From the NCBI GenBank assembly GCA_964597385.1, contig CAZQXU010000001.1, positions 8,928-51,976 of the forward strand: DNA of 43,049 bases, read 5' to 3'. This DNA comes from an uncultured Nitrosopumilaceae archaeon. Its GTDB lineage: Archaea > Thermoproteota > Nitrososphaeria > Nitrososphaerales > Nitrosopumilaceae. The position numbers and the translations under genes were made by a program. The notes beneath the pieces were generated by a model that had not been told where the DNA came from, did not search any database, and was given only the letters and a program-made list of their open reading frames with translations. Numbering within the stretch: the stretch's first letter is position 1; each line of letters opens with the position of its first letter. This document shows positions 18,185-28,026 of the stretch, one piece after another.

Positions 18185-18258
18185 GGGCCGGTAGTCTAGC
18201 CGGTTAGGATACTGCCCCGACATGGCAGTGATCGTGAGTTCGAATCTCACTCGGCCCA
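18185..18258 (+). tRNA. tRNA-Val(GAC)
   Basis: GGGCCGG/TCGGCCC acceptor, CTGCC-CCGACAT-GGCAG anticodon arm, GTGAG-TTCGAAT-CTCAC T arm; CCA not encoded. Confidence 0.93.
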
Positions 18259-18267
18259 CTCTTTAAC

Positions 18268-18762
18268 TTAAGTTGAAGACTTGAACTCTTTTTCTATCAA
18301 ACTCCAAGATGTTTCTGTAGTTATGATTCCTTCAGCACTAAAACTATTGATTCTACCATCCAAAACCGCTTGATATATTTCTGAATTAAGTTCAGATTTT
18401 ATTAAAACGAAAGTATTTTTCAAAGGAATTTCTGAATCCGGATAAAACACAGCCCTACCAGGCATTGCAATATCTTCAGTGGAATATTGACCAGACCCCA
18501 ATAATTGATCATCTGCATAAAGCTGGTATCCAATAATAGGAACTGTGAAAGTTTTTTCACTTGGATTTTTTACAAGAAAAACAATTTCTAATTTTGCAGA
18601 ATTTTCAATTGAATTAACATCTTTTACTTCTACACTAAATAATTGAATTTCAACTTGTTCTAAATGTGAATTATCAAGACTTGCATACCAAATAATTATG
18701 CCCATCAATCCAAATAATCCTGCTATGGAAGCATATACTATCATTTTACTTTGTAATCCCAA
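18268..18762 (-). CDS. Membrane-anchored LEA_2/WHy-like protein
   Basis: N-terminal TM, FLVKNPS...IGYQLYADDQLLGSG. Confidence 0.6.
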   Translation of the reverse strand: MGLQSKMIVYASIAGLFGLMGIIIWYASLDNSHLEQVEIQLFSVEVKDVNSIENSAKLEIVFLVKNPSEKTFTVPIIGYQLYADDQLLGSGQYSTEDIAMPGRAVFYPDSEIPLKNTFVLIKSELNSEIYQAVLDGRINSFSAEGIITTETSWSLIEKEFKSST

Positions 18763-18844
18763 TTCAATGATATCAGATTATGAACAACTAAAAAACGTTG
18801 TCAAGATCCAAATACATAATATTTGATTTGAAATATGAAACAGT

Positions 18845-19342
18845 ATGACTCCATTAGAACAAGCAATAATTATGTGGATTCATCTTCTTGCAGCTGCAAT
18901 CTGGGTGGGTGGCTCTCTTTTTATTGGAATTGTTTTTTCACCACTCCTAAAAACAATGTATGGATCTATTGAAGAAAGATTACAAATTATGATTAAAGTT
19001 GGTAAGAGATTCAACAAAATTGCTGTTCCGTCATTAATTATTCTAATGGGAACTGGCTTATACAATTCACATGTACTGTTGAGTAAACCTGATCTGTTAA
19101 TGGCAACAAGCTACGGTCATTTTCTTATAATAAAAATAATTTTAGTCATTGCATTAATTATTACATATATCATACATGTTAGAGTAATTAGAAAAGATGT
19201 AGAAGAAAAAATAATGTCAAAACAAATGTCAACTCAACAAATTCAAAAACTAAGAAAAAAAATTATCATTCTTGGTGAAATTACTGTAATCTTATCTGTA
19301 ACAATTCTATTTTTTGCATCATTATTAGATGCTGGCGTATGA
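18845..19342 (+). CDS. CopD-family membrane protein
   Basis: WIHLLAAAIWVGG, GTGLYN and TSYG...IKI motifs. Confidence 0.8.
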   Translation: MTPLEQAIIMWIHLLAAAIWVGGSLFIGIVFSPLLKTMYGSIEERLQIMIKVGKRFNKIAVPSLIILMGTGLYNSHVLLSKPDLLMATSYGHFLIIKIILVIALIITYIIHVRVIRKDVEEKIMSKQMSTQQIQKLRKKIIILGEITVILSVTILFFASLLDAGV

Positions 19343-20347
19343 AATACCTTCAATTCTGATCTCAAAACCATCATTTAGTTTACCTACTCCATATTTACAA
19401 CCAGTTAATTTTGAAGCCACAAACAAATTTGTCTCCAAATGTTTTGTAATATTTTTAACTCTAAAAATTGTCATTTCATTTGTAAGACATGCTGGTAAAA
19501 CAAGCATATCTGCTAGTCGTTCATCAACGCCAAGATTATTTTTAATAAAACTTTCTAAATCTAAATTAAATTGCTCCGTTTTTTTATCAAAAATTGAATC
19601 AATCCCAATTATTGATTCATCATCGATACTACAAATCAACAAGGATGCTCCTGAATCAATAGCAATTTCTTCCTTAATTTGAGATTGAACATTAAATTTT
19701 TTTTCAATTAATTGTTTTTCAAAACTTTCTATATTTTTTTTAATTAATTCATTTGGTAAATTAGAAAATGAACAAAACAATTTTACATTTTTTGTTTTTC
19801 TTTGATTTAGTGTAATTGATTTTATTTTGGATGGTAAAACTTCTAAATTTATTTCTCCACCTCCTTTTGGATAATATCCACGTTTAATTACTTTCATTGA
19901 AAATTTAATTCCCATTCTAGAATACGCTTCTCTCAAAACATATCGAGTATAATCAATTGTAGGACTCCAAAGTGTATCTGTACCTCCTTTGATTGTTAAA
20001 TTTATTTTTTTTTGACATATTGCAGCAATTGGAATCAATACTTGTAGTATGAGAGATATACTTCCTGCAGTTCCAACATCTTCAATTAAATTACAACTTT
20101 TTACATTTCCTGGAATGAATTTTAAACTTGTTGATCCTACTTTTGCTCCTTCTACATCAGCATCACAAATTTTTTGTAGAATTTTAATTGCTGTAAGATG
20201 CTGTGGTCTTAATCCTGCAACATTTCTATTTTTTCTTATATTTTCTATTATCACAGATCGTTTTGTAATACATGATAATGTAATTGCAGTACGAATTATT
20301 TGTCCTCCACCCTCACCAAATTCACCGTTAATTTTTAGAAATTCCAT
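19325..20347 (-). CDS. rtcA: RNA 3'-terminal phosphate cyclase
   Basis: GEGGGQIIR, GLRPQH, GGTD, RGYYPKGGG and catalytic HLETN motifs. Confidence 0.95.
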   Translation of the reverse strand: MEFLKINGEFGEGGGQIIRTAITLSCITKRSVIIENIRKNRNVAGLRPQHLTAIKILQKICDADVEGAKVGSTSLKFIPGNVKSCNLIEDVGTAGSISLILQVLIPIAAICQKKINLTIKGGTDTLWSPTIDYTRYVLREAYSRMGIKFSMKVIKRGYYPKGGGEINLEVLPSKIKSITLNQRKTKNVKLFCSFSNLPNELIKKNIESFEKQLIEKKFNVQSQIKEEIAIDSGASLLICSIDDESIIGIDSIFDKKTEQFNLDLESFIKNNLGVDERLADMLVLPACLTNEMTIFRVKNITKHLETNLFVASKLTGCKYGVGKLNDGFEIRIEGISYASI

Positions 20348-20411
20348 GTATTTTCTTATAATTCAGCACTTTATGATAGTTTTTTAAAAAGAAATTATCT
20401 CCTTATTTTGT

Positions 20412-20906
20412 ATGGATGGATTACTGATAGGGAGATTTCAACCATTTCATTTAGGTCATTTAGATGCTTTGCGTTTTGCATTATCTAAAGTTGATAAATT
20501 ATGGGTAGGATTAGGCAGTTCCAATAAATCTTTAGATAAAAACAATCCATTTTCTGCTGAAGAACGAAAAGAAATGATTCTATCTTCAATTGATGATATT
20601 ATGAAACAAAGAATTCAAATTTATTTTATTCCAGATCTGGATAATCACATTAAATGGATTGAACTTATCAATACAATAGTTCCAAAATTTGATATTATTT
20701 TTACTAATGATGAATTAACTAGACATCTTTATTCAAAACGTAATGTTACAGTACTATCAATTCCATTTGTCAAAAGAGACATTCTCTCTGGAACAAATAT
20801 TCGAAATATGATAATATCCGATCAAAAATGGGAGGATCTTGTTCCTGAAGGAACTAAACATTTTTTGAATACAATAAGTGGTAAACAACGATTGAAAAAT
20901 CTCTAA
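20412..20906 (+). CDS. nadM: Nicotinamide-nucleotide adenylyltransferase
   Basis: GRFQPFHLGH, NPFSAEER and SGTNIR motifs. Confidence 0.93.
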   Translation: MDGLLIGRFQPFHLGHLDALRFALSKVDKLWVGLGSSNKSLDKNNPFSAEERKEMILSSIDDIMKQRIQIYFIPDLDNHIKWIELINTIVPKFDIIFTNDELTRHLYSKRNVTVLSIPFVKRDILSGTNIRNMIISDQKWEDLVPEGTKHFLNTISGKQRLKNL

Positions 20907-20949
20907 TTATAAATAAACCTCATTAGAAAGCTACGTTGGAGATATAAAA

Positions 20950-22095
20950 TTGGAATATTTATCAATGCTTCCTGGTCCTACAAATGTACCTGATAGAGTT
21001 ATGAGAGCAATGCTTGCTCCAATAATTAATCACAGAAGTGATGACTTTGTTGAACTATATACAGATGTAGTTGAAAAAACACAACAAGTTTTTCAAACTA
21101 AAAATGATATCGTTGCACTATCTGCATCAGGAACTGGAGCAGTAGAAGCAAGTGTAATTAATATTGTAAAAAAAGGCGATAAAATCATAATTCCTGTAAA
21201 TGGGGAATTTAGTGGTAGACTTGCTGAACTAATTGAAGCTCAAGGAGCTCATGTAATTAAACTTCAAACTCCTCCTGGAGAAAATGCAACTTTTGATAAA
21301 ATAAAAGAAGCTTTTGATAATAACAAAGATGTCAAAGCATTCTATGTCGTTCATAATGAAACATCTACAGGAACCATGGTAAACTATCTAGATAGAATAT
21401 CTGATTTAACATCACGTAATGATGCAATGTATGTTGTAGATTCTGTTTCTATCCTTGGAGGTGTTAATCTCCCAGTTGATAAATGGAATATTGATGTATG
21501 TATGACTGGTGCACAAAAAGCAATCGCTGCACCTCCTGGAATTTCTCCAATATCTATTAGTCCTAAAGCCAAAAAATACATGATTGCTAATCCCCCACCT
21601 ACAATGTATTTCAATTTAGCAAGATATTTCAAATATTATGAAGAATCAAAACATACTCCATTTACTCCAGCACTGCCTTTACTTTATGCATATAGAGAAG
21701 CATTATCAATTATGCTAGAAGAAGGACTTGAACATGTATTCAAACGACATAAGATATGTTCTGATGCACTATATTCTGGTTTAAGTGCAATAGGCCTAAC
21801 ACCATTTGCAAAAAAAGAAGATCGTTCAATATCTATTATTGCATTAAATTATTTAGATGGTCTAGAAGACAAAATTTTCAGAGATACATTAGCTGAAAAA
21901 TTCAGAGTATTAGTAGCTGGAGGATTTGGAAATCTCAAAGGTAAAGTCTTCAGAGTAGGATGTATGGGAGAAGTTAACAAATATCATGTTATGAGAACAA
22001 TATCTGCAATTTCATCAACATTAGCAATGATGGGTTATGATGCAGATGCCCAAGCAGGTCTCAAAACAGCTGAAGAAAAACTAAAAGCTCTATAA
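20950..22095 (+). CDS. Class V aminotransferase (alanine-glyoxylate/serine-pyruvate type)
   Basis: PGPT, HNETSTG, VDSVS, GAQKA and FRVGCMG motifs. Confidence 0.92.
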   Translation: MEYLSMLPGPTNVPDRVMRAMLAPIINHRSDDFVELYTDVVEKTQQVFQTKNDIVALSASGTGAVEASVINIVKKGDKIIIPVNGEFSGRLAELIEAQGAHVIKLQTPPGENATFDKIKEAFDNNKDVKAFYVVHNETSTGTMVNYLDRISDLTSRNDAMYVVDSVSILGGVNLPVDKWNIDVCMTGAQKAIAAPPGISPISISPKAKKYMIANPPPTMYFNLARYFKYYEESKHTPFTPALPLLYAYREALSIMLEEGLEHVFKRHKICSDALYSGLSAIGLTPFAKKEDRSISIIALNYLDGLEDKIFRDTLAEKFRVLVAGGFGNLKGKVFRVGCMGEVNKYHVMRTISAISSTLAMMGYDADAQAGLKTAEEKLKAL

Positions 22096-22136
22096 TCCAT
22101 GTTAACTTAATATAAGGAAATTCGAGACCGATCACA

Positions 22137-22883
22137 TTGACTTTCAATAAAGGTTCATTGATACTAATTGATTATACTGCTAAGGTTAAAGATAATGCAG
22201 AGGTTTTTGATACTACTATAGAAGAAGATGCAAAAAAACATTCTATTCATGAATCAAATGTAAAATATCAACCAAAACTTGTTTCAATTGGCGAAGTATC
22301 ATATCCTGTTCTCAAAGGATTAGATGAAGCATTAGCTAAAACTTCAGTTGGTGATAAACTTACAATTGAAGTCACACCTGACAAGGGATTTGGTGAACGT
22401 GACTCTGGTAAAGTTAGAATGATTCCAATTAGAAAACTTGGTGAAGATGCAGAAAAAGTTTCTGTAGGTGATACAATTGAAGTTGATAATAAAAGAGGAA
22501 TTATAAGATATATTGGCTCAGGAAGAGTCCAAATCGATTATAATCATAGATACGCAGGGAAAACAATTCTTTATGATGTTAATGTAGTAAAATCACTTGA
22601 AACTCCAAATGATAAAGTCGATGGTATTCTAAAAAACAGACTACCTTTAGAAGATTCAAAGATTGCATTTGAATTAAAAGATAAAGAAGTAAACATCACA
22701 ATTCCTGAAGAAATATTGCGAGCAGACGGTCTTCAAATTATGAAACACTTCATACAATTAGATATTTTCAAATTTGTTCCATCATTAGAGAAAGTTAACT
22801 TTATTGAAACACATCTGAACAAACAAACTCAGACAAAGAAAGCTGAAACTAAAGAAAAAACACCAGAACCAAAAACAGCTTAA
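22137..22883 (+). CDS. FKBP-type peptidyl-prolyl isomerase (long archaeal type)
   Basis: VFDTT, GLDEAL, GFGER and DYNHRYAGK motifs. Confidence 0.92.
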   Translation: MTFNKGSLILIDYTAKVKDNAEVFDTTIEEDAKKHSIHESNVKYQPKLVSIGEVSYPVLKGLDEALAKTSVGDKLTIEVTPDKGFGERDSGKVRMIPIRKLGEDAEKVSVGDTIEVDNKRGIIRYIGSGRVQIDYNHRYAGKTILYDVNVVKSLETPNDKVDGILKNRLPLEDSKIAFELKDKEVNITIPEEILRADGLQIMKHFIQLDIFKFVPSLEKVNFIETHLNKQTQTKKAETKEKTPEPKTA

Positions 22884-22884
22884 A

Positions 22885-23949
22885 TCAAATTACATTAGTA
22901 ACTTTTGCAAGATTCAATGCCTTTTTCTCTGTCATCTCAATTTCTTTTAAAATAGTATATCTTTCAGGCCTCAATTCTTGTGCAATCATTAATGCAGTTA
23001 CAACTTCTTCAGATTTTAATCCAATTTGTTTTGCTGATGTTGGTGCACCGACATCTTTTAACGTTTTTACAATTTTTTTCCAATCCTGTCCTTGTAACTT
23101 TGCCATCATTATAGAACCAATCCCACATTTTTCTCCATGAAGACCTTTTCCTGGTGCAATTTTATCTAAAGCATGTGAAAAAAGATGTTCTGCTCCTGAA
23201 CAGGGTCTACTGCTACCTGCAATACAAGATGCAACACCTGCACTAATCAATGCTTCAACAATTATTCTTACATCTAATCCGTTTTTAGCATAATAGCTTG
23301 AGTTTTCCATAACTATCTTTGCACTCATTAATGCTAAATCTGCTGAATATCTTCCGTAATATTCACCTGTTTTTTCATGTCCTAATCGCCAATCTTTTAC
23401 TGCTATAATATTTGCAATAAGATCACCACAACCGCTTGCTAACAGTTTAGGAGGCGCTTTACGAATTATGTCAATGTCTACGAATACTCCTAATGGTGCT
23501 GATGCAACAATAGAATGAGGTTTATCCCCAACAATAGAAACAAATGGACTTGCCATTCCGTCATGTGAAGCAGCAGTTGGTACACTTACAAACGGCTTAT
23601 CAAGATTATATGCGATCATTTTAGCAGTATCTACAGAACGACCTCCTCCAATACCTACAATCAAGTCGCTTTGATCTTTTTTTACGTCTTTTTGGATTGT
23701 ATTAATGGCTGGAATTGTATTGTTTCCAGACATATGCCAAACAAATTTTATTTTATTGGATTTTAACGAACTTTCAATTTTTTTCTGAATAATTTTTGTT
23801 ACATTTGTTCCACTGATTAACGAAATTCTTTTTGATTTATTGAGAGAATTAACAAACCTTCCAAAATCACCTATGTTTTTCTCCCCAATCTCAATGAGCC
23901 TGGGTAGTTCCATCGTATGCGACTGCATACGATCATGACTTTTTGTCAT
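22885..23949 (-). CDS. egsA: sn-glycerol-1-phosphate dehydrogenase
   Basis: GGGRSVD, PTAASHDG, SSRPCSGAEH and HGEKCG motifs. Confidence 0.95.
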   Translation of the reverse strand: MTKSHDRMQSHTMELPRLIEIGEKNIGDFGRFVNSLNKSKRISLISGTNVTKIIQKKIESSLKSNKIKFVWHMSGNNTIPAINTIQKDVKKDQSDLIVGIGGGRSVDTAKMIAYNLDKPFVSVPTAASHDGMASPFVSIVGDKPHSIVASAPLGVFVDIDIIRKAPPKLLASGCGDLIANIIAVKDWRLGHEKTGEYYGRYSADLALMSAKIVMENSSYYAKNGLDVRIIVEALISAGVASCIAGSSRPCSGAEHLFSHALDKIAPGKGLHGEKCGIGSIMMAKLQGQDWKKIVKTLKDVGAPTSAKQIGLKSEEVVTALMIAQELRPERYTILKEIEMTEKKALNLAKVTNVI

Positions 23950-24025
23950 TATTTATCATTTCAATGGAACAAAAAGTTATTTAAAAGGGTGTCATGCATT
24001 TCATAATATCTCTAATAGGTGTATT

Positions 24026-24658
24026 TTGTCAAATAATGTTGAAGAAAAAATTCTGCACGGGACTACCACTGTAGGTATCAAGGCTAAAGACGGTGTTGTC
24101 TTATGCGCTGATATGAGAGCCAGTGCTGGATATTTTATTGCAAATAACAATACTATGAAAATTCAAAAAATTGATGCACACGCAGGCTTGACTTTAGCTG
24201 GTGGTGTAGCCGATGCTCAAAACATTGTCGATATACTCCGCTATCATTCAAATCTTCATAGAGTAGAAAAACAGGGACCAATTTCAATTCATTCTCTTGC
24301 TAGACTTTGTTCTCTCATATTTCATCAGAATCGTGGTTATCCATTCATGGCAGATATTCTAGTTGGTGGTTATGATGCAAATGGTCCTGCATTATTTAAT
24401 ATTGACATGTTTGGTTCAGTTGAACAAAAATCTTATGTAACAACAGGTAGTGGCTCTCCTGTAGCATATGGTTTGTTAGAAGAAGAATATAGATCTGATC
24501 TAACAGTAGAAGAAGCAAAAAAAATTGCTCTAAGAGCAGTAAAAGCCGCAATAGTTAGAAACATTGGTACTGGCGATGGAATTAACATCGCAGTTATGGA
24601 TAAAGACGGATTCCGTCTTTTGACTGAAGAACAAAAGAAAGCAGTCATCGAACTTTAG
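24026..24658 (+). CDS. psmB: Proteasome beta subunit
   Basis: Propeptide then G|TTTVG, DMRAS, GSGS. Confidence 0.96.
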   Translation: MSNNVEEKILHGTTTVGIKAKDGVVLCADMRASAGYFIANNNTMKIQKIDAHAGLTLAGGVADAQNIVDILRYHSNLHRVEKQGPISIHSLARLCSLIFHQNRGYPFMADILVGGYDANGPALFNIDMFGSVEQKSYVTTGSGSPVAYGLLEEEYRSDLTVEEAKKIALRAVKAAIVRNIGTGDGINIAVMDKDGFRLLTEEQKKAVIEL

Positions 24659-24665
24659 TGATTTA

Positions 24666-26603
24666 ATGCAAAGAAAACAGCAACAAAAAGAATTACCTCC
24701 TAGCCAAAACATGATGGCGATCATACTGCAAAGTATACCCAAAGAAGCTAAAGTAACAAAAATTGAATATGAAGGACCACGAATTGCATTGTATACAAAT
24801 TCACCACGTTATTTGATGGAAAACAATGAAACAATTTCAAATCTTGTAAATATAATTAAAAAAAGAATTGTTGTACGAACTGATGAATCTATTAGAAAAT
24901 CAGAAGAAGACGCAAGAAAAATTTTAGCTGAATGTATTCCAAAAGAAGCAAATTTTCAAGGTGCATTCTTTGATACTGCTACAGGTGAAGTTTCAATTGA
25001 AGCTAAAAGACCCTGGTTGCTACAAAGAGATGCAAAAGAATTCAATCATGCTGAAATAACTGAAAAAATAGGTTGGAAACTCCGTATAAGAAAAGCAACT
25101 ACAATACCCTCTCGTACTATTCAAACAATAAATGCAAATCTTAAACTCACAGCTGTTGAACGAAGCAAGCAATTCAAACAAATTGGAGATGAGATATTCA
25201 GACCTCGATTAGCACAAAAATCTGAGGTATCTCTCATAACACTTGGTGGTTTTAGTCAAGTAGGAAGATCTTGTATGCTCTTATCTACTCCTGAAAGTAA
25301 AATCCTAGTTGATTGTGGCATAAATCCTGGTGCTAAACACCCAATGGATTCTTTTCCCAGATTAGATTTTCTAGATATTACTTTAGACGAACTTGATGCA
25401 ATAGTGATTGGACATGCACATTTAGATCACACTGGATTCTTGCCTGCATTGTGTAAATTTGGTTATAAAGGACCAATTTATTGCACTGAGCCAACACTAC
25501 CGATGATGAATCTTATTCAATTAGATGCAATCAAAGTTGCTGCTGCACAAGGTAGAACACCAATTTACTCCGAAAGAGATGTTAAACAAATCATGAAACA
25601 AGCTATTACTTTACCATATGGTACTGTCACAGATATTTCTCCTGATATTAAATTGGTACTTGCAAATGCAGGTCATATTTTAGGTTCAGCTTTATGTCAC
25701 TTTCATATTGGTAATGGTGATCATAATTTTGTTTATTCTGGTGATATTAAATTTGGAAAAAGTATTTTATTTGAAGCAGCTAGTTGGAATTTCCCTAGAG
25801 TTGAAACTCTGTTAATTGAAAGTACATACGGTGCAAAAGAAGACATTCAACCAACCAGACAAGAAGTAGAATCTGCTTTCATTAATGCAGTAAATAACAC
25901 TCTTGCTGATGGAGGAAAAGTTCTCATTCCTATTCCTGCAGTAGGCCGTGCACAAGAAATCATGATGGTAATTGATCACTATATGAAATCAGGTGAAATG
26001 GTCGAAGCTCCTGTTTTTACAGAAGGAATGATTTCAGAAGCTTCTGCAATTCATGAGGCATATCCTGAATATCTTGCTAGAGAATTAAAACAGAAAATCT
26101 TAGAAACTGATGACAATCCATTTGATTCAGAATACTTTACAAACATTGAGCATGCTGATACACGAGAAGAACCTATGCGAGATAACTCACCATGTATTAT
26201 TTTAGCAACATCTGGAATGTTAGAAGGTGGACCTGTTTTAGAATATTTCAAAAATATTGCTCCTGATAAAAAGAACAAAGTCTTGTTTGTTTCATATCAG
26301 GTCAATGGAACTATGGGTAGAAGAGTATTGGATGGTTCAAAACAAGTCACTATGTTAGGTAAAGAAGGAAAAGTAGAAGTTGTTACAATTAATTGTAGTG
26401 TTGAAAAACTGGATGGATTTAGCGGACACAGCGATTACAATCAGCTAATGTCATTTGTTCAAAGACTAAGACCAAAACTTCGTAGAGTACTAGTAAATCA
26501 CGGAGAACGACGAAAATCAGAAAATTTGGCAATGAATATCAGACGAATGTTTAGAGTTCCTGCACACTATCCTCAAGTTCAAGAAGCGATCAAATTATTT
26601 TAG
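24666..26603 (+). CDS. fttA: Beta-CASP ribonuclease aCPSF1 (transcription termination factor)
   Basis: N-terminal KH region, HAHLDH, AGHILGS, FSGHSD and NHGE motifs; downstream of psmB. Confidence 0.95.
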   Translation: MQRKQQQKELPPSQNMMAIILQSIPKEAKVTKIEYEGPRIALYTNSPRYLMENNETISNLVNIIKKRIVVRTDESIRKSEEDARKILAECIPKEANFQGAFFDTATGEVSIEAKRPWLLQRDAKEFNHAEITEKIGWKLRIRKATTIPSRTIQTINANLKLTAVERSKQFKQIGDEIFRPRLAQKSEVSLITLGGFSQVGRSCMLLSTPESKILVDCGINPGAKHPMDSFPRLDFLDITLDELDAIVIGHAHLDHTGFLPALCKFGYKGPIYCTEPTLPMMNLIQLDAIKVAAAQGRTPIYSERDVKQIMKQAITLPYGTVTDISPDIKLVLANAGHILGSALCHFHIGNGDHNFVYSGDIKFGKSILFEAASWNFPRVETLLIESTYGAKEDIQPTRQEVESAFINAVNNTLADGGKVLIPIPAVGRAQEIMMVIDHYMKSGEMVEAPVFTEGMISEASAIHEAYPEYLARELKQKILETDDNPFDSEYFTNIEHADTREEPMRDNSPCIILATSGMLEGGPVLEYFKNIAPDKKNKVLFVSYQVNGTMGRRVLDGSKQVTMLGKEGKVEVVTINCSVEKLDGFSGHSDYNQLMSFVQRLRPKLRRVLVNHGERRKSENLAMNIRRMFRVPAHYPQVQEAIKLF

Positions 26604-26873
26604 ATCGTATTCTGGTTTCCAGATTTTAATATTTGATGGTGCAACAATAATTCTTTCTTCACCTAGTCTTGCAATATCTGCACCTTCAGTTTTTGCAATA
26701 GAATACAACTCCTCAACTACTTTTCTAAGCTGTTCGACATTTTTTTGAGCCAACGGTGTAACTCTAAGAATTAAAATCATTTCTTTTTTGATGTCTTCTT
26801 TAATGGAATGTACATCACTGATGTCTCGTATAGTAATGGCTTTCAAATAGGTGGGATTTTCCTGTTTTTGCAT
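26595..26873 (-). CDS. sepF: SepF-like protein (core domain only)
   Basis: I..ISDV..IK......LIL......L.........GADIARLGEERIIVAP pattern of archaeal SepF. Confidence 0.8.
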   Translation of the reverse strand: MQKQENPTYLKAITIRDISDVHSIKEDIKKEMILILRVTPLAQKNVEQLRKVVEELYSIAKTEGADIARLGEERIIVAPSNIKIWKPEYDLK

Positions 26874-26946
26874 CCTTGAAGAAAATGCGATCTACTCCTT
26901 CAAAAACTCTTCCTTAGTTTTAACTAATTCCAAAAAAAATTCATGC

Positions 26947-27954
26947 CTAAATTCTAAATTTAATGTATGATTCTTCTTCAGCATGCTCTACTGTGATTTC
27001 GTTTGTTATGTTGTTTTTGGAAATAGTAATTGCTGATTGTATTCCCTTTGGTGCGTCTGAATATCTTAAAGTAATAGAAGATGCAAATTTTACATGCATA
27101 TCTGCATTCTTTCCACGTAAAATTGAAACGGGTCCCATGTGATCACGAGCCTGTAATAAAATATCATCAGGTAATGCAATTGCTTTTATCATTTCATTTT
27201 CATCTTTATTTCTACCAACAACAAATTTAGTTTGTTCATCAAATCTGAAATGCCTTCCTACTTTTAGTAAATCAATATCGTTTATTGTAGGAGTTTCAGT
27301 GTGTGAAAACAAATCTTTTGCACGTAAACCAAATGTTGGATCAGTTAAAAGACATCCACCACCAGCATTAGGTGGATTTTCAATTCCATATTTTTTTGCC
27401 ATTTCTAATTGTGCTCTTCTAGTTCTCCCTTTAATCATCCCAAGATTTTCTCTTTTGATCAATCCATTTTTTTCAGGATCTGTTTCTGGAAGTAGTCCTG
27501 CAGATAATGGTCTAACAATTTTTCCTATCAGACCTGAATCTTTTTCAATTGTTCTTAATGAAGGAGCATGTTGACTCATTGGTCTTTGTCCTAACACTTC
27601 TCCTGAAATTATAAACTCAGCACCGATCTCTTCCATGTGTTTTTTTGCAGCATCAAACATCATAGTCCTACAATCAACACATGGATTAAATCCTGCACCA
27701 ATACCATGTTTTGGATGTTTTAACATCTCAATGTATTCATCACCAAGATAAACAGTTTTTAAATTGACATTAAGATCATCAGCTCTTTCTCTAATCTCAA
27801 AACCACACCCTCTTCCACAATCAAAATCACAAAAAGGTGTTTTAATTGCAACAGCTGAAACTTCAAACCCCTGTTCCTGCATCATTCTAACCGCAAGCTG
27901 GCTATCTAACCCACCAGATAATAGAGCAACGACTTTCTTTTTTTCATCTGCCAT
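26947..27954 (-). CDS. PP-loop tRNA sulfurtransferase-like (ThiI/MnmA family) with C-terminal DUF814-like domain; likely start ATG 27954
   Basis: LSGGLDS, NPCVDC, GEVLGQRPMSQ, GGCLLT and GRHFR..VGRN..EN motifs. Confidence 0.85.
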   Translation of the reverse strand: MADEKKKVVALLSGGLDSQLAVRMMQEQGFEVSAVAIKTPFCDFDCGRGCGFEIRERADDLNVNLKTVYLGDEYIEMLKHPKHGIGAGFNPCVDCRTMMFDAAKKHMEEIGAEFIISGEVLGQRPMSQHAPSLRTIEKDSGLIGKIVRPLSAGLLPETDPEKNGLIKRENLGMIKGRTRRAQLEMAKKYGIENPPNAGGGCLLTDPTFGLRAKDLFSHTETPTINDIDLLKVGRHFRFDEQTKFVVGRNKDENEMIKAIALPDDILLQARDHMGPVSILRGKNADMHVKFASSITLRYSDAPKGIQSAITISKNNITNEITVEHAEEESYIKFRI

Positions 27955-28026
27955 AATAAAAAAATCAAAATTGCTGTATACAAACTTTACATCATACATA
28001 AATTGAGAATTGCTGTGATACTCTTT

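Noticed and set aside
17273-18258. tRNAs as attachment sites of an integrated element
   Set aside because: No duplicated tRNA 3' end or integrase seen in the window
18809-18825. CAAATA-N5-TATTTG upstream of the copD-like gene as a copper operator
   Set aside because: Short and AT-rich, overlaps the expected TATA region, and not seen repeated
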